The notes under the pieces are model-generated. The model made no database searches. It had not been told where the DNA came from and saw nothing but the letters and a program-made list of their open reading frames with translations. Shown piece by piece: positions 14,514 through 28,768 of a stretch of 64,000 bases of DNA (position 1 is its first letter; each line of letters starts with the position of its first letter). The DNA is taken from assembly GCF_009914755.1 (NCBI RefSeq), contig NC_060926.1; one strand, given 5' to 3'. The position numbers and the translations under genes are program-made. This stretch comes from the human T2T-CHM13v2.0 reference genome, Homo sapiens.

Positions 14514-15655
14514 TCTTCCTCAGTGTTTAAAAAAGAGTTTGAGAAGAATTGCTGATAATTCTTCTTTAAACATTTGATAGACTTTATCAATGAAACCATC
14601 TGGTTCCTGGCTTTTCTTTGTTAGAAGTTTTAAAATTAGTGTTTCAATCTCTTTACTTGTTTTAGATCTATGCAGATTTTTAAATTTCTTCTTGAGTCGA
14701 TTTTGGTAGTTTCCATGTTTCTAAGAATTTGTTCATTTCTCTAGAGTTTCTAATTCATTGTCGTGCAACTGTTCAAAGCATTATCTTATAATCCTTTGTA
14801 TGTCTGTAAGTTTGGTAATAACACTTCCACATTCATTTTTTATGAATTTATTTGAATCTTCTCTCTCTCTTTTACTTTTTTTGGTCATTCTGTCTAAAGA
14901 TTTTGTCAATTTTGTTGATCTTTTTACATAACCAATTTTTTATTTTGTTGACTCTACTGTTTATATATTTGATATTTTGTTTATCCTTTTCTCTAATATT
15001 TATTATTTCCTTCCCTCTGCTTGCTTTAGATTTAGTTTACTTTTCTTCTTATAGTTCTTTAAGGTAAAAGATAGCTTATTGATTTGAGATCTTTTCTCTT
15101 TTCTTAATCTGGGCATTTACAGCTGTAAATTTCTTGCTGAGAACTGCTTGTGCATTTTTCTATGTTATGCTTTTGCTTTTACTTATCTCAGGTTATTTTC
15201 TAATTTTCCTGCAGTTTCCTTTTTGACCAATTGGTTGTTAAAGGGTATGTTGTTTAATGCTCAAATATTTGCAAATTTTCCAAATTTCATTATGTTACTC
15301 ATTTTTTATTTTATCCCATTGTGGTTACAGAAAATACTTAGTATGATTTCAGTCATTTGAAATTTATTTATAATTGTCTTGTGGCATAAATATAGTCTTT
15401 CTTGGAGAATATTCCATTTGCAGTTGCAAACAATGTGTATTCTATTACTGGGTAGAGTGCTTTAAATATGTCTGTTAAGGCAGATGGGTTTATAATGTTC
15501 AAGTCTTCTATTTCACTATTAATCTTTTGTCTAGTTGTTCTATTTATTCTTAAAAGTGGGGTATTAAAGTCTCCATCTATAATTATTGTACTGTCTATTT
15601 GTCCCATGAATCCTGCCAGTTTTTGCTTTAGATATTTTAAGAATTCTGTTATTAG

Positions 15656-15991
<336 letters not shown>

Positions 15992-16666
15992 TGATCATTT
16001 ATTGCTACATAACATTCTTCTTTGTCTCTTGTAACAGATGTTTGTTTTAAAAATCGATTTCATCTGATACTATCATGGCCACTCCAACTCTGTTTGCATA
16101 GTATAACTGTTTTTATCCTTTCATTTTCAACCTATTTGTTTCTTTGAGCCTAAAGTAAGTCTCTTGTAAACAGCATATAGTTGGATCATTTTTCACCTCA
16201 TCTCCCATTATCTGCCTTTTAATTGTAGAATTTAATCTATTTACATGTAACATAATTACTGATAAAAAGGACTTACTTCTGTTTTGCCATGTGTTATTTA
16301 TATGTCTCATATTTTACTTCCCTGAATTCCTCCAGTACTGCCTTCTTTTGTAATAGATAAATGTTTCATAGCATACCATTTTTTCCATATTTTTTATTGT
16401 ATATAATTTTTAGCTGTTTTCTTAGTAGTCGCTCTGGGAATTTCAGTTAACATATTTATTTATAATAATTAGTTTGAATTAATATGAACCAAATTTCAAT
16501 CGTATATGAAACTTTTGCTCCTATATAGTTCTATCTCTCACCTTTTATGTTGCTATTATCACAAATTACATTTTTATAAACATATTCCCAAGAACATAAA
16601 TTTGTAATTATTACTTTATGTAGTTGTTTTTAAGCAATCATATGGGGGAAAAAGAAGTTACCAACC

Positions 16667-16922
16667 GGCCGGGCGTGGTGGCTTACACCTGTAATCCCTG
16701 CACTTTGGAAGGCGGATCATGAGGTCAGGAGATCGAGACCATCCTGGCTAATGTGGTGAAACACCATCTCTACTAAAAATACAAAAAATTAGCTGGGTGT
16801 GGTGGCAGGCGCCTGTGGTCCCAGCTACTCAGGAGGCTAAGCAGGAGAATGGAGTGAACCCGTGAGGCGGAGCTGGCACTCCAGCCTGGGTGACAGAGCA
16901 AGACTCTATCTCAAAAAAAAAA
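16667..16922 (+). mobile_element. AluY-like with two internal deletions
   Basis: 'gagatcgagaccatcctggcta', 'gagaatggagtgaacc'; TSD agaagttac(c/t)aacc. Confidence 0.92.
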
Positions 16923-19807
16923 GAGAAGTTACTAACCAGAGCGCATGAATACTGATTTTACATTTACTTCTGTAATTACCTTTATTGATGTCCTTTATTT
17001 CTTTATGCTTATTAAATCACCCCTATTGCCTTATCATTTCAGCCTAAAAGATTCCCTTTAGAATTTCTTATAAGGCAGCTCTACTAGAAGCAAAGTATCT
17101 ATTTTTATTCATTATAAAAGATCTTACTTTCTCCTCCATTTTTGAGGGATAATTTTGCTGGATATAGAATTGTTGCTTGACAGTTTTGTTTTGTATTGTT
17201 TTGTTTTCAACCCTTTGAATATGTCATTCCAGGTGCCTTCTGGCTTCCATGGTTTCTGATTTAAAAAATTAGCTCTCAATTTTATTGTACAGAAGTAACT
17301 TCTCTTTTTCTGATTTCAATAGTCTCTTTTTGCCTCTGACATTTGACTATTTGATTATAATGTGTCTCAGTGTGGATCTCTTTGAGTTTATATTATATGG
17401 GATTTATTGAGCTCCTTGATGTGTAGATTTAAATCTTCCAATAAATTGTGAAAATTCTCAGCCATTACTTTTTAAAATATTATTTCCATCCTTTTTTTCC
17501 TTCTTATCTTCTTATAGGACTGACATTATGCCTATGTTAGTATACTTGATAGGGTCCCACAGGTCTTCTAGATTCTGTTTTTTTTTGTTGTTTTTATTCT
17601 TTTTTCTTTCCTTTCCTCAGATTTGGTAATCTTTGTTAGAGTTTGCTGATTATTTCCTCTGCCTGCTCAAATCTGCTATTGAAACCCTCTACTGGATTTT
17701 TAAACTTTGGTTATTGTACTTTTCACCTCCAGAATTTCCATTTGGTTCCTTTTTGTAATTTCTATCACTTTATTTATATTATCTATTGGGTGAAATATCA
17801 TTCTCATGCTTTCCTTTAACTCCTTTCACAAGGTTTTCTTTAGCTTTTTGAAATACTTGTTTTAAAATCTTTGTGTTTTAAGTACAGTGTCTAAGCTTCT
17901 TCAGGGAGAGTTTTTACTTTCTACTTTTCTAATGTATGTGCCATACTTTCTTGTTTCTTTGAATGCCTCCTAACTTTTCAAACACTTTGAGTATATAGCA
18001 TAACAACTCTAGAAATCATATTATCCTACCCCAGGGTTTATTGTTGCTGCTTGTTGTGGCTGCTGTTTTTTTTCTAAACTAATTTTGTCAAGTTTGTATT
18101 CCTTGTCATGTGTGCACTGGTGGCTCTATCTGGCTAGCTTAGTGTTGAGCTAGTGGTTTGACCTATATATTTTTAAACATCTAGAACCTCCTCCCCAACC
18201 CCAACTCCTCTAGTCTTTGCATATAAACCCTGTGTGTGTGAAGATCACAATTTCAAACTCTCCTGGAAGTTTACAAAATTTACCACTCCCCTGCTTTTCA
18301 GTGTGTCTATTATTTACCCCAATTGTTATTCCTTGCCTCAAGTGCCAATGGTTAATATAGTTGCTTTTAAATGTTTCTTAGAAATGCTCCCTCTGTAGCC
18401 ATCTCTCCCAGGTTACATAAGGCAAGCCCTTTAAGGCCAACATTTGGGGACCCACCTACAACCACAGTTCTTTGGGAACAGGTCTGCTCTGCTTCAGCCA
18501 GCACAAGAAAACCACAGCAGAAATGCAGGCTGCTGTCTTCAAGACTATTCTCAAGCTGGGGAAAGAGGAGAGGGCCAAGGCAAGTTAAAACCCTACAAAG
18601 TTCTTCTGAAATTCAGTCACTTTTTCTTGATTAAATGTTTTTCTGGTTACTATAAATCTTTAGCTGGCTTCTAGAGTTGTGACAAAGCTGATTTTGACAG
18701 AGCGTTTTTTGTTGTATTTGTTGTTGTTGTTGTTGCCAAATTATTTGCTCTTTTTGTGGAGAGTTAGTGCTTTGAAGTTCCCTACTCCACCATTTTTACT
18801 GATGTCACTTAGAGCATTCTTTTTATATCACAAAAATATCAGAGATATGGGAAAGAATTCACAAACTATATTTTGAAATATTATAGCTCATAAAACAGTG
18901 AGTGACTTATCTAATTTTTGTGTTTTGTCATATTTCTTCAAGTTGGCATTTTATTCGGTTGTAAATCATTTATAGGTTGGTAAAGTTTACAGGTGATATA
19001 GAAGGTGCCTTGCATGAGAAAAGCCTATCAACTGATTTTCCCCAAGTTGAAATTTTCTAGTTCTATGGACTGCATATTTATTGCTCAAACCCCTGAATCT
19101 TAAAAGAGAAAGCAGGAAGCTGGAAGCTAATTTGGTGCACATAGCCCATTTCCATTTTATATCCAGGCATATTTGATTTGACTTGGGTAACCAAATGCTG
19201 TAGTAGCAAACCTCTCACATGGAGCTACAAATATGGGGGAAAATGTTTTCAAGATAAAGAAAGAAAAAGGAAGAGATAAGATTAAAAGTACATGAGGTTC
19301 TTTGCCAAGTTGGAGCTGACAAGATTTAAACATTCAAGAACAGTCCAAATTCCTCTGATGACCACTCTCCCACTTGCCCATTTATCCTTCATTTTGCCTA
19401 GTCATGGATCTGCAACCAAATATCTACTCAATGAACATTCATCCAACTAATATTATTATAGCAAATGATAGGAATATCAACTTCAGTATATAAGGTCACT
19501 ATTCACCCCTGGACATGGAGGAAAGAACAATATCAAGATTATCCTCTTCATGTTCTAAAATACTATCACACATCCTGAAAATTAAAGATTATAACAGCTC
19601 TTTAAATTTATGAACCAGTGATGAGAAGTATAAAATGTAACTTAAATCTTGACTCCACCTTTGTTTTAAAAAAGATTATCTCTATTATATTTTTGTATTT
19701 AAAGTTATTTTTAGGAAGAAGAAATGTTTGAAGTATTTATTAAGAATATCACTGTGAGGCAGATGTAACATTCTGTTCCTTTAATGTAATACCATTTGAT
19801 GTTCTTA

Positions 19808-20480
19808 ACTCATTTATTCCACAAATATTTATTAGTGCCTTCTGTGCACCAGACATTGCAGTAGGCACTGATGATGCATTGAAAACATAGCCACCATGGT
19901 TCCTGTCATCACAGCCATTAGAGATGAGTGGGGAATTAGGATATATAAAACAGCAATTGCATTATATTAAGGGGAAATGTGATACAATTCAGGAACTATT
20001 GAAGACCATAGATGAACCAAGTTAGAGCAGAGCCTGAGGATCAGGGATAGCTTCCCAACAGAAGAAATATCTAATCTGAGATCTGGAAACTCACTAGGAG
20101 TCAGTCCTGTGAAGTGGAACTGTGTGAAATGGTCTAGAATTACTTATAGAAGATACAGCAAGTGGGAAGGCTTAAAGGAAAGGAAGAAAGTGAACCACTT
20201 GAACAACTGGATAAATTGCTCAACATTTCAGTATAACAGAAGCATAGAGCCAGGGTGGCCAGAACAAGATCTGAGAATACACATTTTAGAGAAATTAGCC
20301 TCCGTTAAAGAGTTTGGACTTTATTCTGAGTCTTATAGGAAGAGTGCTGATGTGTTTTAAACAGGGAGCAACATGATCTTATTTTTATTTTAGAAAAATC
20401 TTTGTAGTTTCTGTAAGGAAAACAAATATATGTTAGGGAATATAAGACCATAGGCAGGAAGATAAGCAAAGAGGTGGGGA
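19808..20480 (-). mobile_element. L2 3' region
   Basis: 'catttattccacaaatatttattagtgccttctgtgcaccagacattg', 'aaagagtttggactttattctgag', 'tttagaaaaatc'. Confidence 0.8.
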
Positions 20481-20528
20481 AGCAATAGAGGTAAAACAGG
20501 GTGTTAGAATAAATTAGGGTTTATTAAT

Positions 20529-20904
20529 TGTACTGGGTTTAATAGTGTAGTCTCTAAATTCAAGTCACCCAGAATGTGACTTTATTTGAAAATAGAGTCT
20601 TTTAGATGTAATGAGATAAAATGAGATCATACTAGATTAGGGTGGATTCTAAAACCAAAGACTCATGTCGTTATAAGAAGGTCATGTGAAGACACAGAGA
20701 GATGCACTGGGCAGAAGGCCTTATGACAACAGAAGCAGACACTGGAATTATTATGCAATAAGCCAAGGAACGCTTTGGGCCACCAGAAATTGAAAGAGGC
20801 AAGGAAGGATATCCTCACTAGCGTTATCAGAGGGAATATGGTCCTGCTGCCACCTTGATTTTGGACTTCTGGGCTCTAGAACTATGAAAGAATAAAATTC
20901 TGTT
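20529..20904 (+). mobile_element. MLT1B-like MaLR LTR lacking its 3' end
   Basis: 'cagaatgtgactttatttgaaaatag', 'agccaaggaacg', 'caccttgattttggacttctgg', 'gaataaaattctgtt'. Confidence 0.88.
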
Positions 20905-23062
20905 GGGGGAAGGGGCCAAGATGGCGTATTAGAAGCAGCTGCAGTCCACGGCTCTCACAAAACAATGAGTGTATTCTGCACCTTCGACTGAAGTATCCGG
21001 GTTCTCACATTGGGACTGACTAGGCAAATGGCTCACCCCATGGAGAGCAAGGAAAAACAGGGTGATGGCCCACCCTGGAATGGCCATCATTGTCTGCCCC
21101 AACGCCAGACAAAGGAGGCAGTGAGTGATGGTGTGACCCTGCCCAGGAAACCACACTTTTTCTATGGGTCTTCGCAACCTGTGGATATGGACTTTCTCTT
21201 GTGACCCCACACCATCAAGGCCTTGGGTCCAAAGCACAGGCATGTGTGGAGTCTCAGCAGGGCAGCCACTTGCTCATTTGGGCATACAGGGAAGCCCAGG
21301 AGTTTTGTATACTCCAGCCCTGGGAATTCTGGAAAAGCAGGAGATCCTGGGCATTCCTCCAGGAAGAGAGCTGAATCCAGGAAGCCAAGTGGCATCATTC
21401 CATGGGCCCCACTCCCATGGAACCTCACAAGTTAAGATCCACCAGCTTGGAATTCCAGCTGACCTGTGGCAGCAGGCTGGAGACAGCCTGAGATGGACTA
21501 AGTTCCCAATGGGAAGGTCAGCCACCATATCTGTGGTTTGAGTTAGTGCTCTAGCCTGCCAGCAGCGGGGACCAGGAAGAATTCCCCACAACACAGCACA
21601 GCTGCTGAGCTGGATCGTGGAGAGTCTGCTTCTTTAAATGGGACCCCGATCCACCCCTCTTCACTGTGCAGGGCCTCCCTGTGGGAATTTCAGCAACTCC
21701 AGCCAAGGTTATAGGGACAGTACTCTGATCTCTTCCTGGGATGGAGGCCCCGGGAGGAGGGGCAGCCACTATCTCTACAGTTCAGCCGACTTAGTCTTTC
21801 CTGCCTGCTAGCTCTGGAGAGATCAGGTGGCCAGCAGTGTACCTGCTTTGCCAAGGGGTAGCCAGACTGCTTCTTTAAGAGGGTCCCTGATCTCATTCCT
21901 CCTGACTCGGTAAGACCTCCCAACAGGGTTCTCCAGACACCTCCTACAGGAGTGTTCCAGCCAGCATCAGGTTAGTGCCCCCCTGGGATAGAGCTCCCAG
22001 AGGAAGGAACAGGCTGCCATCTTTGCTGTTTCACAGGCTTCACTGGTGAAACTCCTAGGTGCAGGAGGGAGCAAGGTGATTAGGGACTGGAGTGGTTGCC
22101 CAGCAAACTGCAATGCCCCTACAGAAGAGTGGCCTGACTGAAAAACAAACAAAAAACAGAAAGTAACAACATAAACAAAAAAGACTCCACAAAAAAACCC
22201 GTTCAAAGTCAACAACCTTGAAAACCAAGGGTAGCTAAGCCCACAGAAATGAGAATGAATCAATGCAAAAACAATGAAACCTGAAAAAGCCAGAGTGCCT
22301 CTTCTCCAAATAGCCACAACACTGCTCCAGCAAGGGCACAGATCTGGACTGAGGCTGAGATGGATGAATTGACAGAAGTAGGCTTCAGAAGTCGGATAAT
22401 AGAAACTTCACTGAGCTAAAGGAGCATGTTCTAACCCAATGCAAAGAAGCTAATAATCATGATAAAACAATACAGGAAGTTATAACCATGATAGCAAGTT
22501 TAGAGAGGAACATAACTGATCTGATGGAGTTGAAAAACACAACACAAGAAATTCACAGTGCAATCACAAGTATCAATAGCTAAATAGACCAAGCAGAGGA
22601 AAGAATCTCAGAGCTTGAAGACTCTCTGATATAAGACAGGCAGATAAGAATAGAGAAAAAAGAATGAAAAGGAATGAACAAAACTTCCAAGAAATATGAG
22701 TTTATTTAAAAACACCAAACCAATGATTGATTGGGGTACCCAAAAGAGATGGGGAGAATGGAACCAAGTTGGAAAATATACTTCAGGATATCATCCAGGC
22801 AAACTTTCCCAGTCTAGCAAGACAGGCCAACATTCAAATTCAGGAAATCCAGAGAACCCCAGTAAGATACTCCATGAAAAGATCAACCCCAAGATACATA
22901 ATCATCAGATTCTCCAAGGTCAAAATGAGAGAAAAAATGTTAAAGGCAACCAAAGAGAAAGACCAGATCACCTACAAAGGGAAGTCCATTAGACTAACAG
23001 TAGACCTCTCAGCAGAAACCTTACAAGTCAGGGAGATTTGGGGCCAATATTCAACCTTCCAA

Positions 23063-23364
23063 TTTTTTTTTCTTTTTTTTTTTTTGAAATGGAGTCTTGT
23101 TCTGTTGCCAGGCTGGAATGCAGTGGCGTGATCTTGGCTTACTGCAACCTCCACCTCCCAAGGTTCAAGCGATTCTCCTGCTTCAGCCTCCCAAGTAGCT
23201 AGGACTACGGGCACACACCACCATGCCCAGCTAATTTTTGTATTTTTAGTAGAGATGGGGTTTCACATGTTGGCCAGAATGGTCTTGATCTTCTGACCTT
23301 GTGATCTGCCCGCCTCGGCCTCCCAAAGTGCTGGGATTACAGGTGTAAGCCACCATGCCTGGCT
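23063..23364 (-). mobile_element. AluSc-like inserted in L1 ORF1
   Basis: T tail; 'gttgccaggctgg' Sc-type 1-nt deletion; TSD ttcaac(c/a)ttc. Confidence 0.93.
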
Positions 23365-23434
23365 TCAACATTCTTAAAGAAAAGAATTTCTAACCCAGAA
23401 TTTCATATCCAGCCACAGTAAGCTTCATAAGTGA

Positions 23435-23744
<310 letters not shown>

Positions 23745-24842
23745 GAAATAAGTTCCTTTATAGACAAGCAAATGCTGAAGGAATTTGTCACCACCAGGCC
23801 TACTTTACAAGAGCTCCTGAAGAAAGTGCAAAATATGGAAAGGAAAACCATTATCAGCCACTACAAAACCACACTGAAGTACACAGACCAATGACACTAT
23901 GAATCAACTACATAAACAAGTCTGCAAAATAATCAGCTAGCATCAAGATGACAGGATCAAATTCACACATGCAAATATTAACCTTAAATGAAAATGGTGT
24001 AAATGCCCCAATTAAAAAAAAACACAGAATGGCAAGCTGGATAAAGAGTCAAGCCCCCACTGATATGTTGTCCTCAAGAGACCCATCTCACATGCAAAGA
24101 CACACATAGGCTCAAAAAAAAAAAGGAGGAAAATTTATCAAGCAAATAGAAAACAGAAAAAAGCAGGAGTCGCAATCCTAGTTTTTGACAAAACAGACTT
24201 TAAACCAAAAAACATAAAAAAAGACAAAGAAGGGCATCACATAATGGTATAGGGTTCAATTCGACAAGAAGAGCTAACTGTCTTAAATATATATGCACCA
24301 AATACAGGAGCACCCAGATTCAAAAAGCAAGTTCTTACAGACATTCGAAGAGACTTAGACTCTCACACAATAATAGTGGAAGACTTTAACACCTCACTGA
24401 CAACATTGGACAGATGATCAAGACTGAAAATTAACAAAGATACTTAGGAACTGAACTCAGCTCTGGATCAAGCAGGTCTGATAGATATCTACAGAGCTCT
24501 CCACCCAAAAACAACAGAATATACATTCTTCTCATTGCCACATGGCACTTTAAAATTGATCACATAATCAGAAGTAAAACACTCCTCGGCAAATGCAAAA
24601 GAACTGAAATTGTAGCAAACGGTCTCTCAGACCACAGTTCATCAAATTAGAACTCAAGACTAAGAAACCCACTGAAAACCACACAACTACATGGAAATTG
24701 AACAACCTGCTACTAAATGACTCCTGGGTAATTAATGAAATTAAAGCAGAAATCAAGAAGTTCTTTGAAACTAATGAGAACAAAGACACAACATACCAGA
24801 ATTTCTGAGATGCATCTAAAGCAGTGTTAAGAGGGAAATTTA

Positions 24843-25290
24843 GGTGGGGACCAAGATGGCTGAATAGGAACAGCTCCAGTCTGCAGCTCCCAGGGAGACC
24901 AATGCAGAAGGCAGGCGATTTCTGCATTTCCAACTGAAGTACCCAGTTCATCTCACTGGGACTGGTTAGGCAGTGGGTCCAACCCACAGAGGGTGTGCAG
25001 AAGCAGAGTGGGATGTCGCTTCATCTGGGAAGTGCAAAGAGCTGGGGGACCTCCCTCCCCCAGCCAAGGGAAACCATGAGGGACTGTGCTGCCTGGCCAG
25101 GTAACTATGCTTTTCCCATGGTTTTTGCAATGTACAGATCAGGAGATTCCCTCATGTGCCTACGCCACCAGGGCCCTGGGTTTCAAGCACAAAACTAGGT
25201 GGCTGTTTGGGCAGACACCAAGCTAGCTGCAGGAGTTTTTTTTTTTTTGTACCCTAGTAGTGCCTGAAACCGCAGCAAGACAGAACCTGG
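24843..25290 (+). mobile_element. Second L1PA (PA7/8-like), 5'UTR fragment only
   Basis: 'ccaagatggctgaataggaacagctccagtctgcagctcccag...tttctgcatttccaactga'. Confidence 0.9.
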
Positions 25291-25390
25291 GAAACTTCCC
25301 GGAAGGAAATTTATGACCACTTCATCAGTGGCTATCTTTGAGTGGTAATTGGTATTCTTTCTACTTTTTCAGTTTCCTATTTGTTAATAC

Positions 25391-25680
25391 ATGGGGCCCT
25401 TTGGGGCATTATTAGGTCATGAGGGCATAGCCCTCATAAATGGGAATAGTGCTGCTATAAAAGAAGACCTGAGGGAGCTTGTTTACTCTTTCCGCCACAG
25501 GATGGAATAGCAAAAAGTTGCCATCTATGAATCAGGAAACAAACCTCACCCAACACTGAATCCATCAGTGCTGTGATCTTGGACTTCCCAACCTCCAGAA
25601 CTGCGAGAAGTTAATTTCTATTGTTTATAATCCACCCACTAGATGGTATTTTGTTGTAGCAACCTGAACAGACTAAGACA
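25391..25680 (+). mobile_element. MLT1A0-like MaLR LTR, 5'-truncated
   Basis: 'attaggtcatgaggg...ccctcat', 'gatcttggacttccca.cctccagaactg', terminal 'gactaagaca'. Confidence 0.88.
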
Positions 25681-26354
25681 CAAACTACATCAAATCCTCC
25701 TCCCCATCCCACCTCCACTCAAATTGTCTCCACTCACTGACTAGCAACACCAGCCCCAAATATGAAACTCAAGCATTGGGAGCCAGCTTTTGCCTTTGTC
25801 GATTTAGGTTATGCATTTCTCTAAGATTTGACATGGACATGTGGATCTACAGCTCTGTAAAAGAGATACTTTTATCTTCATATTATGTTGGTTTGAGGAA
25901 GAGGAGAAGATGAAAAGGGGTGATAAAGTTTGAATAGTCAAATATTTAAAGGTTTTTTTTAAAAGCACTCATTCAAACTGTATTTAAACTTCATAAATCT
26001 AAAGTACTCTGAATGCAATTCACCTTGGATTCTGATTTAATAGCATACAACCTGATCCCACTCTACCCCAACCCTTAGAAAAAGGATGTGAGCAGGAGCA
26101 GCAGATAAATACTGGGTGTATAAACAGTTAGACATAGAAACTTCGAATAAGATTTGGTAGAATAAAACCTCTGTAGACTAGAAATGTACCTTTTTATTAA
26201 TTGGGTAGAATCATCCTTGTTATCTCTGCCACAAGGGAGCTGTTTCTGTCTACACTAGGACAAATTTACATAAATTAAAATTTTGCTTTAAGTTTCAAGT
26301 TTTAGAGGGAAGGAAAGAACTATTTACTGATTATTAGATATCTAATATTAGATA

Positions 26355-26530
26355 ATTAGGTGTCTACTGTGAGCTAGGGCACTATGGTATTTGGTTTAAG
26401 CACAGATTCCATTTCGTTTCTGTCAAATGTTCTGAGTTGGGAACACTGAGGTATACAGGGGCAAGACTTGCCCAAATCATTCAGGTTAAGAGACAGGCTC
26501 AAAGTCAAGGCTTACTTGACCACCATCCAC
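26355..26530 (-). mobile_element. MIR fragment
   Basis: 'gtctactgtgagctagggcact', 'cactgagg...gacttgcccaaatcattcag'. Confidence 0.6.
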
Positions 26531-26547
26531 TTTCCCTTATTCCCTTC

Positions 26548-26844
<297 letters not shown>

Positions 26845-27864
26845 TATCCCCTTCTTAAGGATATTTTTTCCCCCATTGGTTTCAATAGCTCATGTAAATT
26901 CTGAATTATGTGCATTTAGCCTTGTGGAAAAAGGAAGTTAGAAAATACAACAAAAGTAAGACCAATGAACATAATAAATTCATCTTTAGTAGATTTGCCT
27001 AGTTTGATGACTGAATACAATCAATATAAGGTTTTCTTTTCAAATGCCACAAGCAATCTATTCTTATTATTTAAATGTTTTAGAACATTCTAAGTTACTT
27101 CTTTTGAGGCCATCAAAACTTTTGAAAGGACCTTTTGGTATTGTTTAGAACATGTGGACTTTTCCGTTAAGAGTTGTAAGCACTTATATGTAAACACAAT
27201 TCATTCATATGCACCTAATTATTCCCCTTGCTTCCCATTTTGACTCATTTAAAAGAGTCTAAAGTCAAGTTTTCAAAATGGCTTTTTGAAGTTTTTCATC
27301 TTTTGAGATTTAAATTTTAAATTTATGTCTTTGCTACTCCAGGCCTTCTTCTTTCCTAATTTGTTTTTCACTTGCTTCAAGCCATAAACACATTCCTGCC
27401 ATCGGGTTTGATTTATATTGCCTAGGAAATAATCCAATCATGAATATTTCTTGAGAATGCGAGCATGGCATGAGAGAGACCTCACTCTCATGATCTTTCT
27501 CGAGTAGAAAACAAAAGGCACAAAAGTTGGTGGGACTTTAAAAATTCTATCAAGCAAACCCGGTAAGCCTACAGTAATATAAGAAACTTGGCTCTTCCCT
27601 GAATCCAAAATTACAAGTAACAATGCTTCTATCAGTCTTTGCTCTTGACTTTTCACACACAGGAACTGAAATTGACCAGCTAATGTTATAAATAAGATCC
27701 CAAGTAACCACAGCCTTGGTCTCACATGCATCTCCACCCAAGGTCTTACAAGCATCTCCACTAAACTCAGGCACTGGCATTTTACCTGACTGGCAAACAT
27801 CTGATCCTTTATCTTATGTCCCACAGCTACATGAGCATGGATACTCCTGACCCAAAGGGTGTTT

Positions 27865-28280
27865 GCGTTGGTCTTTGTGTTGCCAGTTACAGAAACCCAT
27901 GCTAATGATTCAAATAAAGGGGATATTTATTGTGACTACTGTGGTATATGCCGCAGTGAAGGTACGATGAAGCCTTAGCTAGGGCAGTAAACAAGGAGGC
28001 CCCAGGGACACCAGTTGTAAGATTTTATAGACCTTCTAATTATTGTTCTATACTTAAGCTAACTGGGATTCAAAAACTCTCATATTTGGTGTCTCTTTGT
28101 TCTACTGTTAGATTCACAGGACAAAATATCCCATTATTGCAGCTTAAGCCAAGTGACTATCCTGGGTTCCATCGTCTTGCTCAGGGTCCCTCAGTACACA
28201 TTTAGCCACTAAGTGTCAAACCTTGGGTCCTGGGAATTATAACCTGAAGAGGGAAAGTTGCTGTACCTCAGGGGATTTAC
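27865..28280 (-). mobile_element. Ancient ERVL/MaLR-like LTR remnant
   Basis: 'gttgccagttacagaaaccca...aaaggggatatttattg' typical of antisense MLT1K/L or LTR33 ends. Confidence 0.4.
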
Positions 28281-28297
28281 CTAAGAGGTGTCTAATA

Positions 28298-28416
28298 CAG
28301 GTGTCTCCAACTCCTGGGCCACGGACCAGTGCCCCTCCTACTCCCCTACCCCCATCCGTGGAAAAATTGTCTTCCATGGAACAGGTCCCTGGTGCCAAAA
28401 AGGTTGAGGACTGCTG
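28298..28416 (+). mobile_element. Internally deleted MER1 (hAT-Charlie) MITE
   Basis: Termini 'caggtgtctccaac' and 'gttgaggactgctg'; 'ccgtggaaaaattgtcttcc', 'ccctggtgccaaaaagg'; perfect 8-bp TSD gtctaata. Confidence 0.92.
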
Positions 28417-28749
28417 GTCTAATAGATACAGGCTCTATGCCAATGGACAGTTCTCCTGAGGCTCTCCCAAAGTGTGGGCAGTCCAGGAGAGACCCTACGT
28501 TTAATTTGCAAAGACTAAGTTAGCAGGTACAAATTGGGCTGTGTAAATGTTGACCTCATTAATAACATTAATTGATACAAGTTCTATTTTTACTTAGTTT
28601 AATTCAGCAAACTTCCATAGAGTATTTACAATGTACAAAACACGGTTATATAGCATAGGTCTATCTATTAAAAAGGAAATGACCTCTGTCTCAAAGCAAG
28701 CTTTTTTTCTGAATTTGACAAGGAAGTCTTAATTAATGGTCACTTTTAA

Positions 28750-28768
28750 ATATATATATATATATATA
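28750..28768. repeat. (TA)n microsatellite at the L1 tail
   Basis: atatatatatatatatata. Confidence 0.9.

Noticed and set aside
22727-23131. 134-aa ORF with clear L1 ORF1p similarity as a functional CDS
   Set aside because: Internal fragment of a decayed L1 ORF1 running into an Alu; upstream stops and frameshifts
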